A stretch of DNA of 62,381 nt, filler included, from Asterionella formosa (Eukaryota), in NCBI GenBank assembly GCA_002256025.1. It is 19 parts of 19 records of this genome, joined end to end, with 100 filler letters (N's around TTAATTAATTAA, not from the genome) between each part and the next. Parts side by side here need not be neighbours in the genome. Positions count along the whole stretch, not along the records: positions 1 to 3,199 come from NKIB01014365.1; positions 3,300 to 6,498 come from NKIB01014366.1; positions 6,599 to 9,793 come from NKIB01014368.1; positions 9,894 to 13,086 come from NKIB01014369.1; 15 more parts are not named here. One strand, 5' to 3'. The notes beneath the pieces were generated by a model that was not told where the DNA came from, made no database searches, and worked only from the letters and a program-made list of their open reading frames with translations. Both the position numbers and the translations under genes were made by a program. Positions 1 to 11,367 of the stretch are shown one piece after another (the first letter of the stretch is position 1; each line of letters begins with the position of its first letter).

Positions 1-1261
1 AATTTTATTCATGTACCGGTTTATCTGAACGAATATTGCAGTGCAGTGTGGGCGCGTGGATGAACGTACCGTGTCATACGGTACAGGGGACTAACTAGTC
101 GTTAGAGTGTTTTAGCGATAGTACAGCGTGCAGGCTTGGAGCAGCGAATGCGCTAGAACGGCGTAGGTTTATATATCTTTAAGTCTATCTTTTCAACCTT
201 TATCTTTCTTTCCTTGTGCACCATGTAAGTTGTTCTGAAGCCAACACTTTTATTTGCTTTGTTGGGTAGTGAATGGATGGGATACATTGTCCTCCTATCT
301 TGTGGCTGAAAGAGCATGTGCATTTTCAGTTGAGATTGGATTTGAGCAAGTCTTCAGGTGTTTGTCCAGGTATATCTTGAATGTTGTACTAGGGCTTAGC
401 ATGTTGTTGTTTGGTGATTGGCCAGTGTGTTTTGGAAACATGGACTCCCATTTATGACATATAAAAATTGAAACTTGACTAATCCGCCTGTTGAATCCTG
501 TCTTTTTGATTATTGAACATCTGAATATCCATTGGTTTCCCACAAACTTTCCTGCCTGTGTGCAACATGACACAGGTCATGTTTTGGAATCGCATTTACC
601 ATTGTTCTTACTACAACAAATGTCATTTTTAGACTCTTGTCTACCATTTTTTGTCAATCTTCTGAACTTTGTGATCTTTGTATCAAACATGGCTCAAGTC
701 CCAAATGCACATGTGGCATATTAGTGAACAAATGCAACAACAATTGCAACTTTATCAGGTGCTATGAGGCAAACAAAGTAGAGAACAATGACCTGAGGAC
801 CATCAACTTCATTGAATTTATTCACTCTATTGAGCTCTGTTTGGAAGTCAGTTCTTCTTCTATAGATGGAATGGGCCAAAACCTAGGAAAGAAAGGATTG
901 CGCTCATGATATGCAGCAAGATGATCATTAAAAGACGTACTACATTGTCTACAACGCCAATTACTGGTACAGCTGCCAGAAAAAAAACGCTAGTATGATC
1001 ACCCAAATTACTTTTTTGGGTGACCCAATATGGCAAATTTAGCTATGTACATAATTTAAGGGTATGACATCACATAAAAAATATGATGCATCATACACTA
1101 TATATATGAACGGAGGACTACACTTTTTAGCTAAGTTTAAAGGCGAGTTTATAAAACTCTATTGTAGTACTACAGCAGCAATCTTCCAGAATTGTAGTAC
1201 AGCGGCTACGGTCACTTCCGGGTCCCGATAGTTAATTATCACCCAAAACAACACCTTCACC

Positions 1262-2948
1262 ATGACGAAAGCGGCGACAAAACCGGAGAAATGCAGTGGT
1301 GGAGAGCGCATTAGGAATGCACCACAACAAGCAGCAACTGTACCAGTGAAAGAGAGAAAAAGAATCCAAAGGGCTGCAGATTTCATGGAGCTAGAGAAAC
1401 AGCTGACACTGTCTACTACCAAACCGGCCGAGGATCCATTGAGGTCTGAAAAATTGGTGGCCAAGAACGTTAATCTGACAGGTCTAGCCACAAGAAAGCA
1501 AAGCATCAACCAAGGAACATCGATGGCAAACAAGACGGTGATGGAGCTCATGGATGACCTTTCAAACTCCATGGAAAGAGCAGAAGCAGCATCAGTGGAC
1601 ATCAGAGACAAAAAGCGCAAGCAGCAAACAATCCAATTCACACAGACATCAAAGAAGACGACCAACAACACCTCAGCAGACCAGGCGAAAAAGGACAACG
1701 AAAGCGATACACAGTGTGCAGAGAAATGAATACAGCTCTCATAAACAATGAAGGGAAAGACGACGAGGCAACTGGACATGGAAACCGGCTCCGGCAAGGC
1801 TACAAAGATGAGCAAAGAAGATAAAAAGAACTAGAGGAAGAAGCGGCATTATGTATTGTATATTCTGACGCAGCGGACGAGAGACTAGAAGAAATGGAGA
1901 CAGAGGATTTCCCCCTCTTCCACCAAAGAAAAAGGAAGACAGCTGGAGCAAGACAGCAACTCCGGGAAACCCAGCATCGGATCAAGCAAGCTTCAACCAT
2001 CCTCAGATTGCGAAGTCAGCAAGCAAGGCAACGAAGCAGTTGGATTACCAGTCCTGGCATGAAAATGCAAGGTTCGAGGGATCATCCCACAGATCTCAGA
2101 CTTCAAACTCCAGTCGGAGCAGTTCTTGGAAAAACTTGAAACACTTCTTCAACTAATGGTTAAAGAAGACAGCTCCATCAAGTTACTTCCAGTACCGGGG
2201 AAATGTCACCAAAGGCGGTTCTAAAGCTAGAAAAACAGGAGCAAACCCGATTTATCATATTGTCTTAAGGTACAAGGAAGACATACATCGATGCATACCT
2301 CACATCAAGTCCCTCTCTTCATACCAAAAGATAAAAAAGAGAGTTCTAAAACACTTACAGGAACAATAAATGTATGTAGACGCATATAAAATGCAAAGCC
2401 TTGATGAAGTGGTTTGTTTGGGAAAAGCAGCTTTCTAGTCTCAGCGGAGGGCACCAAACGCTGGCTGGAGGCATTCATGGGACAGGAACTGGCACAGACA
2501 TTGGATTTTCAGGTGCGAAGCCAGGTATAAAGTTCTCCCAGTTTGGTATAGAAAAAAAACATATGCATATGTGATTAGTGCAAGCCAAGCAACATCAAAG
2601 GACACCTATGAAGCTCTAACCAAAATTCTACCCATTCCAACAGACTACACAGTAGAATTTGTGGGCTATCAAGTACAAAACTTTGCAGCTATCCAGGCTG
2701 TTGAGGGCGTAAATCAATACTATATCCAACAGAAATGGTTGACAACAACATCAAGAACTAAACTAATGTCAGAGTTCATGGACATTTACACAAAGATTGT
2801 GCTGAAAGGAGAATCAACCACTTTTTGTCACTTCATGATGAGAGCTACAGACGCAACAGGAAATCGCCTACTTTGTGATGCAGACTTTACTTCGACGGGA
2901 GTACCAATCATAATCTATCCCACACCACATGAAGTATTAGCACTCTAA
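1262..2948 (+). pseudogene. Fragmented coding remnant, possibly ORF1-like region of a non-LTR retrotransposon
   Basis: Purine-rich + strand with successive short ORFs (1262-1729 K/T/E-rich, 1894-2139, 2571-2948) broken by stops and frameshifts. No diagnostic motif recognised. Confidence 0.25.
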
Positions 2949-2988
2949 CAAGCACAGGAATTCAACAATCTGATTCTACAGTAGGTCG

Positions 2989-3199
2989 AATGCTATCTAT
3001 TAATCTACATGCAAGCGACCCAAAGTTTCTCTCTCTACTTGGCTCAATGTATATTTTTTGTGTCTCGCCCTTCTCTTCCTCTTTTTTGAATCTTGTGCCA
3101 AGCCTTGTGCAAAACAATGCCTTACTAATGTTGCATCTCTCTCCCTGCTCTCAGTGTCATTCTGAACTCGCCGACTATTCCGTTTGATCTGTTCTATTG
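2989..3199. repeat. Repeat family A, partial copy (left portion)
   Basis: aatgctatctattaatctacatgc...gccgactattccgttt aligns by eye with 53714-53905. Confidence 0.85.
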
Positions 3200-3299
3200 N
3201 NNNNNNNNNNNNNNNNNNNNNNNNNNNNNNNNNNNNNNNNNNNTTAATTAATTAANNNNNNNNNNNNNNNNNNNNNNNNNNNNNNNNNNNNNNNNNNNN
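3200..3299. other. Artificial contig linker (44 N + TTAATTAATTAA + 44 N), one of 18
   Basis: The same 100-bp block, with stops in all six frames, starts at 3200, 6499, 9794, 13087, 16379, 19669, 22963, 26253, 29542, 32831, 36120, 39404, 42688, 45971, 49254, 52537, 55819 and 59101. The intervening contigs are 3181-3199 bp. Confidence 0.99.
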
Positions 3300-4391
3300 G
3301 CAACCTATGCAGTTACAGAAACAATGAGAAGGAATGATTTGTTAGCAAGTAGTCATGTTACATTGAAACAACGACACGCAATTCCATCGTATCCTCTTGC
3401 TTCACTTACCACAAATCAATGCAACTGATGCATAAGTCTGTAATAGTAACTTGTCAGTAAGCCAAATTCTTGAATAAGTAAGTTTCGGGTATCCAATGTT
3501 GTTGAATAAACTTACCGGTACATTTTTGTCATCTTAACTTTGAGAGAAGGTAAACGTTTTGTCAGCTTTGTTCCAACAGAAGTGAATAGGTCCAACGAGC
3601 GACAAGAGCACTTACGCAATTTGGTTTGGTTTTGTTTTACATTGGTGCTCCCCAACAAGCAAATCGAGCTGTTGAATCAACTGAGAAAAAAGGAAATGTG
3701 GCTGCGTTTAGTTAACAATTTGTTGTTGTGCTGCCTGTCTCCCAACGATTGTCATCCAAGTAGCTACCACATTGATGGCTTCATTATATTACCTTAAACA
3801 TTCTCCATCCTTCGAAGGCGCAATGTGTCGAAGTCACAATGTTTTTCGTTATGTATTGCGAAAATTTTCTTTTCTTTTAATGTGCTTTACTACGACGTAT
3901 CTTTTCATGAAGCAGCAGGCATTGTTTGTTAACATGACAGAACGATTTCAAAAATATATATGCCATGGATATAGTAATAAAATTTGTAAATATATATATA
4001 TATTAAGCGTTGCACATTTATAAAATTCAAAAGCGCTCTCGATATGGAACATCTGATATGGTTGAGATGGCCATACTCGCATATACATAATTCGAAAATA
4101 CTCAATGCACTATATGTCCATTTTTTCCACGACTACGTGTACCGGAATTGTTTCTGAAATTGTTTGCATCGATATTTTCTACATCCGTTGAAACTAATTT
4201 TTTAGACCGTTCAAATGCAGCAAGGGTTTTGGTAGCAAATTGTTTAAGCCCCTTTTTTGGGCGGAAGCTCTTCATGTGTACCGGTACATCATATGACAAT
4301 AACAATGTATCATTTATACATACAGGGTACCAGTAGCAGGTAGTAAGTGATATACTGGGGGTAGTCGGAGTAGTACCGGTAAACTAGCAAC

Positions 4392-4706
4392 AGAACACCA
4401 TATGTTCAGGACTGTTGCTACTGCAGTGGGACAGTAAATCATCATAGTTTTAGGATCGTATGATCGTAAGCCTAAAAACCAATAGAACACAAAATTTCTA
4501 TGACTGCTGCTACTGCAGCGGGACAGTAAATCATCATAATTTTAGGATTGTATGATCGTAAAACTGAAAACTAATGGAATACCATATATTCAGGACTGTT
4601 GCTACTACCGTGGGACAATAAATCATCATAGTTCTAGGATTGTATGATCGTAAAACTAATAACCAATAGTCGGAATAATAAGCGAGCAACAGAACACCAT
4701 ATGTTC
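4392..4706. repeat. Tandem array of ~92-bp units with hairpin core AGTTTTAGGAT-n6-ATCGTAAAACT
   Basis: Units start at 4392, 4484 and 4576, with a partial unit at 4691. Homologous arrays lie at 40850-41165 and 54995-55531. Confidence 0.9.
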
Positions 4707-5514
4707 TGGCATACCTACCCGGTAGTTATCATAATATTGCTTTTATGAATTTAACTGGCGCGATAATTAGCCAGGCTGACAAGTTACTACCGGTACCAAG
4801 TAGTACGTCTACATCTTTTATCAGCACCTTTAAGTAGCACCTACAGTTATGGTGGTACTATGTTTTTCCCTATTATTTTCTGTCGCAGCTCTGTAGAGAG
4901 GCTGTGAAAGTCAAAGCGCTGCCCCCCGCCCCCCTCTATTACCGGTATACCGGAAAAATTTGGTACATCACCCATTATCGTGCGTTGCAACGGCCCGTGA
5001 CAGGGTGGCTGTGGTTATGGAGCAGGGGGTAGAACGCCACAACATGACGAAGTCCCAAGGATCATGAATGGAAAGAAAACTTTGCTGCATTCTGGTGGTA
5101 CCATTGGACTTGGAAAACAGCGAGGAAGGTTGTATCCCACCGTATCAAACGGTTTCGAATAAGAGGAGTTGGAACGATGAGATGTGACAAGAACCGACCT
5201 GACACTTCTGTCCAACTTGGTCGATGGATGTCTCCCGCTTATTTGTGACTTCCTGCGCAACAAAACTTGCCACAACGACGAATCAAACGGTTTCGAATAT
5301 GAGGAGTGGTTGGAACGAAGAGACTTGTCATAAACATGACACTTCTGTCCGAGTCGGTCGATGGAGCAAAAGAAACGACACCAGCGTCCGGTTATTTGCT
5401 AATGGCTGTACTTGATTAAAAACAAATAACCATTTTGTTAGTAACTATTTATGAGTAAATAAAAATTCTTACTTCCATCTTTCCCCATAGGAATCAAGCA
5501 AAAACGAAACTAGT

Positions 5515-5616
5515 CCTGACGAGGAATACTGTGTCGTCGATCCGGAAAGTGGGGAACTCATTCGTCTCACAGTAGCCGAAAAGCAGCGTATCTTTCTGGA
5601 CGCGCTTCAGTCCTAC
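5515..5616 (+). pseudogene. PGRL1: Captured PGRL1 (PGR5-like 1) gene fragment
   Basis: Translates as PDEEYCVVDPESGELIRLTVAEKQRIFLDALQSY, the same segment as 41890-42072 and 55541-55818. It is preceded in frame by an acceptor-like ttccccatAG ending at 5490. Confidence 0.7.
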
Positions 5617-5784
5617 CGCTAATCAGGTTTGAGGCAACGGACAGTGGTTCCAACGAGCGAATGACGATACCATGAGTACCAATTTTTCCAGTGGCAAACC
5701 ACAATGATGAAGGACACTTGTCCCTCTATTGATGATGGCATGGACACCCACTTTTCCAGGAGCAGACAACAATGAAGAGAGCCA

Positions 5785-6270
5785 CGTGTCGCTCTATTGA
5801 TGGTAACAAAGATGCGGACAAGTTCAACAGTGAATACAAGAACAACATACCATTGAAAACCAGTCGACAGTGTGTGCACGCACACGGCAAGCAAGTTTGA
5901 GGCAACGGACCATTCCAACAAGCAAATGACGATACAGATATCAAATTCTTCCTACGAGCAAACAACAATGAAAAGAGCCACTTGCTTTCGCTCTGTTAAT
6001 GGTATCAAAGATGCGGACAAGTTCAATAGTTAATTCAAGTACAGTATGCCAAATGCAGAAACGAGCGAGCGATATGAAAATGAAATGCGTTCTAATCAGA
6101 ATCATTCTATAACTATAGCTATGTGGACAGTAGTCTGTTACGCACATTTTCGTATCTCCTTCTATGCTGAATCTCAATAGTAGATGTAGTATCATGTGAG
6201 AATTGAAAATGTCAAGGAGAACAAGTAGAATGTGTTTGTTTACGGGTTGATTGGCGAGATTGTCATGCTG
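5785..6270. repeat. Repeat family B, with internal duplicated blocks
   Basis: Near-identical to 6599-7090. The blocks gtttgaggcaacggac and gatgcggacaagttcaa each occur twice within 5627-6030. Confidence 0.85.
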
Positions 6271-6598
6271 AAGTGGACGAAACGGATATACTTTGTGCGC
6301 TGTGTGCGGAAACATTACGAGTTCGAATGGTTTCTTCTCTCCTGTAAACTCTTAATTGAATGATTATGAACGGGTTGCCTACCACTGGCTAGTAGTACAT
6401 TTACCTAGTACCGGTAATAACCTACATAACATGAAAACTGGGAAGAGGGAGCTTTTTTACCGGTAAGTGTGAGTTCTTCATGTGATGTGTACAACCGTNN
6501 NNNNNNNNNNNNNNNNNNNNNNNNNNNNNNNNNNNNNNNNNNTTAATTAATTAANNNNNNNNNNNNNNNNNNNNNNNNNNNNNNNNNNNNNNNNNNNN

Positions 6599-7090
6599 CA
6601 CTTGTCGCTCTATTGATGGTAACAGAGATGCGGACAAGTTCAACAGTGAATACAAGAACAACATACCAATGAAAACAAGTCTACAGTGTGTGTACGCACA
6701 CGCCAAGCAGGTTTGAGGCAACGGACAGTTCCAACAAGCAAATGACGATATGGATATCAAATTTTTCCTACAAGCAAACAACAATGAAGAGAGCCACTTG
6801 CTTTCGCTCTCTTGATGGTATCAAAGATGCGGACAAGTTCAATACTAGTAAATACAAGTACAGCATGCCAAATTCAGAAACAAGCGATGATATGAAAAAG
6901 AAATTGTAATCAGAATCATTCTATAACTATAGCTAGCTATGTGGACAGTAATCTGTTACGCACATTTTCGTATCTCCTTCTATGCTGAATCTCAATAGTA
7001 GATGTAGTATCATGTGAGAATTGAAAATGTGAACGAGAACAATTAGAATGTGTTTGTTTACGGGTTGATTGGCGAGATCATTGTAATGCT
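6599..7090. repeat. Repeat family B, second copy
   Basis: Aligns with 5785-6270. Confidence 0.85.
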
Positions 7091-8863
7091 GTTCACTGCA
7101 CATGACAATTACTCAAAGATATAATGATCACTTGACCAACAATTGAAGATGTTATTGCAAACAATCATTCCACTTGTCATCGCTAGTATTTCGTTGTTGT
7201 TTCAAAAATCGGAGTGATAACGGATGGAAATGACGAGCCAAATTACATTACTTTAGCTGGTACATTATCCTATCAAGAAATTCGAATACAGGAATCCAAT
7301 AGAAACAATACATATAATAATTAAATATATGTATTAAAAAGGGTTACTTTTTAAATTACAAGGGCATTTATCAAAATTATTAGATGATATAACGAAAAAT
7401 TATGATCAGATGATCACAATCCTATGATGCATCATGGAAATATGATAGTTTTTATTTGCAGACGGATGCCATGATTTTCCCCTTGGTTTTCCAGCCCTGG
7501 GATAGCCGAAATTGACAAGGGGTCTACTTAAGGAACCATTTTATATACTATCCAGATTTTAATAATTCATATCTAGAATTCACCTCGTTTTTGTTCGTCT
7601 CCTGAAAAAGTGACTCCTGCATTCACCTTTCACCATGGCAATCGTCGTCCATCATGACCGGTTTAAAGCGAAATCAGTTCCGCAATGACGCCAGTAGCGA
7701 TTTGTTGTCTAACGGATGCGGTTGGTTGTGGGATTGCTTGTCATCTCGAGGCATTTATGTAGTCGCATTGTCCGTATTTCGTCGGACAAACAAGGATATC
7801 GATACATCTGATGTTGGTGGCAAGGTTTTGCTCCGGTCATGCATGTGATGATGCTCAACTGATATTCTACCGGTACTGGCAGTCATCTGGTCTACTTACG
7901 TACGTGGTACTAAAAACAACCATGCATGGTTTAAGCTATACTTTAATGCTTACTTTGAACATGTTATAATATTATCTCTGTAGACTCGGTATTATTTTTA
8001 CGAGACCCGAATGTTAAATTATATCGTTCACATATTCATTGATTTTATGTACAGTATGCCCGATTTCGTCCTCACAATTAGTATAGTAGTTCTCGCTCTA
8101 TCTTGCCTGCCTTTGTTCTATTCGGGCTTGCAATAGGCAATGTTCATCTTTCTTTGATCCCATCGTCTGCTGCTTGTTATGATAGTTGAAGCGGATCGGT
8201 GAGTACAACAGTGAAACACTGAATGTGGATTGTAGATCGTATTTATCATATCGACTTTCCGATTTGATTGCTTCCGTGGTTTGTTTTGATCACTTCCGTC
8301 GTTGTTTGTCGTTCCGCACTGTCGTTTTGTTTCGATCGTATATATCTACATAAGAACCAATGCATTTATCAATGACTACTCATTGAAGATGTGGTATTGT
8401 GCCGTTGTTGATCGTATTTGTTGATTTGTATAGTCGTTGACAATGATGTCAATATTGCCGCCAAGCAATGCTTTTCTTGTACTAACGCGCTTTGCTACAT
8501 TTCTACTACGCGTTCGTATCAGAAGCTACATGAATACTCAGCTAGAGAGAGTCAAAAGTGCTGGAGCAGCATGGCGATCATGCTTGCTCAGAATGGAATG
8601 ATCAGGGTTGCTTGTTTGGTGGGAGGAGAGGAATGACTGTGGCGGAAATAGTGCTACTGGTGTCAGGCTACTACAGCGATGCGCATGGTTGCACCAACAA
8701 GACCATTTACGCTATATAATGATGCAGGTCTAAATTGGGTTTAGCTTTTTTCTTTTTCTTCTTTCGGTCTTCGATTGTGTGGTGCTGATGGAAAGTCAAT
8801 TTTGCCTGTTTAAGTACCAATACAATGATTCACAATGTACACATCTCCATTGAAACTCTTATT

Positions 8864-9368
8864 ATTTACTTCATTTCTAACCCAAAACAATTTTTTCTAT
8901 TTCTTATTTGATGCAACTTATTACATCGCATTTCATACTTTGGTTGCTCCAAACATCTTGTTCCATTGATGTTGCATGTTACAATCATTCTCGTGTGTTT
9001 TACGCTTGTTGTACCATCTCTATGCATTTTACTGTTATTCTGGTTATTATGCTAAAATCGGCAATTTTATTGCCGAAAAATTCGATGTGCCCTATATTGC
9101 CCTTAAATAAAAATTACTTGAGAAATTACTTCGAGCCTAAAAATTACCTAGAAGGTGGGGAATTTTAGGTTAAATCAATTGCCCCTGAGGGTCATTTTAG
9201 GTTATTCCGCACCTAAAATTCAGGAAATGATTGAGAATATCTTCTTGTCCTACAGACAAATGTTGGTGCAAGGCTACAGACGAAGTTAAACTTCCTTTTC
9301 AGTTTTTGGAAATTTAGGTGCGGGAAAACCTAATAATGACTCCCTGCATTCAATACTTTTTTACAGTG
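8864..9368. mobile_element. Terminal region of a putative CMC/EnSpm-type DNA transposon (repeat family C)
   Basis: 8864-9155 matches 47420-47705. There is an inverted repeat at 9191-9221 / 9310-9340. The segment ends in ttttttaCAGTG at 9368 (reverse complement CACTGTAAAAAA), followed by TA. Confidence 0.45.
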
Positions 9369-9893
9369 TAAAACGGATGACGGATTCTGATGGTTCATAC
9401 CGTACTTAGCTTGAGGTCGGTACGTGATGCATTGGATGTACCGGTACCAGGTACCAGGTACCTGGCCGATACGCACCTGACATGGAGCATTGATGTACAC
9501 CAGTAGATAAATAGAGAATTATATTGGACGGTAGTTATGACTTACTATGATATTATGGAGTATGTACTAAAACCGGTACGAGGTACCAGGTACCTGGTAC
9601 CTGATGGATGCGCGTACATACATGTCAGTACGTACCTGTGTGTTGTAGAATCTTGTCGGCATGAACTTTTCTTTGTCCTTGTCATTAAATATTGCGAAAC
9701 CATATGGTCGGTTTACAGTTTGCCACGGCTCACCTTTGTCATTGCTAGCTACGGATGTGCTCATTTGTACTATGAGGCGACGATCGATTATCGNNNNNNN
9801 NNNNNNNNNNNNNNNNNNNNNNNNNNNNNNNNNNNNNTTAATTAATTAANNNNNNNNNNNNNNNNNNNNNNNNNNNNNNNNNNNNNNNNNNNN

Positions 9894-9927
9894 CATCATC
9901 ATCATCATCATCATCATCCTCATCATC

Positions 9928-10004
<77 letters not shown>
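9894..10004. repeat. (CAT)n microsatellite
   Basis: About 37 near-perfect CAT units at a contig start. Confidence 0.98.
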
Positions 10005-10127
10005 AGAAGGCATAATTGTTGTAATTTCTTCTATAGTCAAGTCAGTATTGACCTAGTGAAAACAGTTCTTGTTTAGATTAACAAGTCCCTCAAATTTTGT
10101 TAATAAATTATCATTATGAATTGTATT

Positions 10128-10478
10128 TCACCTGACAAAAAGTGAAATCCAGACTTTATGGTCCTTGAGTGTCTCAGCTATGATGGCCTTGGTACCCTCA
10201 TTACCAATTGAATTACCATTGAGATATAGTAGCATACTGAGATCAAGTGCAGTCAAGATGGTATAGACCGTGAGGAGGGCCTCTGCAATGGCCTTGGCAT
10301 GATGAACAACAATAGATTTACCTCCAAGATAAAAAAGTGTGGTCAAGACAGCATTGACCAAGATGGCCAGCAATGCAATTTCCTTGGCGCCATCATCACC
10401 AATTGAATTATAACTGAGACTAAGAAGTTCAGTCAAACTTGGATCATTTTCTTTCAACCATTTGACATATCTTTCCAA
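10128..10478 (-). pseudogene. Degenerate RNI-like (NLRC3-type) leucine-rich-repeat gene
   Basis: Motifs LKENDPSLTEL, YNSIGDDGAKEIA and YLNGNSIGNEGTKAI, with irregular repeat spacing from indels. Confidence 0.75.
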
Positions 10479-11367
10479 TTCCTCTGTTACTGTTTTCCCT
10501 CCAGATGATAGTCAAACCATTGTCAATCTCATCTTGAATGAAATTGAAGTTGTTTATCATTTTTTTAGCAACTTGCTCCCCATCCCTGTATAAAAGTGTC
10601 CAGTGTTTCTGACTTGGTATATAAGAACCAGGTTATAAATACTGCCTCACTAAAATAATGCATAACTGTGGTTATTTGTCATCAAGTCTGACTTGGTGGC
10701 ATCAGACTTTGGACTCAAGTCCAGACTTGGAATAAATAACTCAGTCTATTCATTTACAAGTAAATATATATACTATGAATAATATACATGTACAGCCGAA
10801 TGTTGGCACAAGGCAACCTGCTACACAGAAAGAATCAAACGTCGAGTAATTAAGATAGCCAAATGTACGGAAAACCGACTCGCTGTTGCTTTCCATCTTT
10901 TTGTGTTCCATAAAGATAAAGTCCTGGTTCTTCGAATGATACGGGATGATGCACTACCGGTAGCTATTGACACTGACACTGAAGCACGAGACGACTCTTT
11001 GCAGTGACGGATGAGCGATTCCGGCTATTGAGACAGGAAAGTAACATCAGATCCATCTTGGCTCGACCTACCAGCATACACGTAAAGGAGGCATCATTCA
11101 TGATACAACTCCTGCTGATGCTGCAGTAAAACATGAAGAAGGAGCAAAAATACGCCGTAGTCGTCATGTTCATGTTCATGATCATGGTGAACAAAAGGGT
11201 ACTACTCGACGAGAACTGACATTGCAACATGCCGGAAGGGAGAAAGCTGTTGCTACTACAGCAACAACAACAACAACAACTACTACTTTCAATGAGGCAT
11301 GTAATATCAATGCAGTTATATCTTAATCAATTTTTATCATGACTACATCAAGAAAACAGATAACATA

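Larger units (their letters stand above)
3300..5616. mobile_element. Repeat family A: composite non-autonomous element (micro-exon gene remnant, 92-bp tandem array, PGRL1 fragment)
   Basis: Collinear and highly similar to 39661-41990, and up to the array also to 53912-55530. No transposase ORF or clear termini are visible. Confidence 0.8.

Noticed and set aside
100..246. Possible solo LTR (cGTTAG...CCAACA)
   Set aside because: The 5' end is not TG, and there is no matching TSD or second copy.
3244..3255. Regularly spaced TTAATTAATTAA palindrome every ~3.29 kb
   Set aside because: It is an assembly linker embedded in Ns. ORFs ending in X-runs or LIN are artefacts, and cross-linker synteny is not real.
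9846..10040. Poly-methionine ORF
   Set aside because: It is a translation of the (CAT)n microsatellite.
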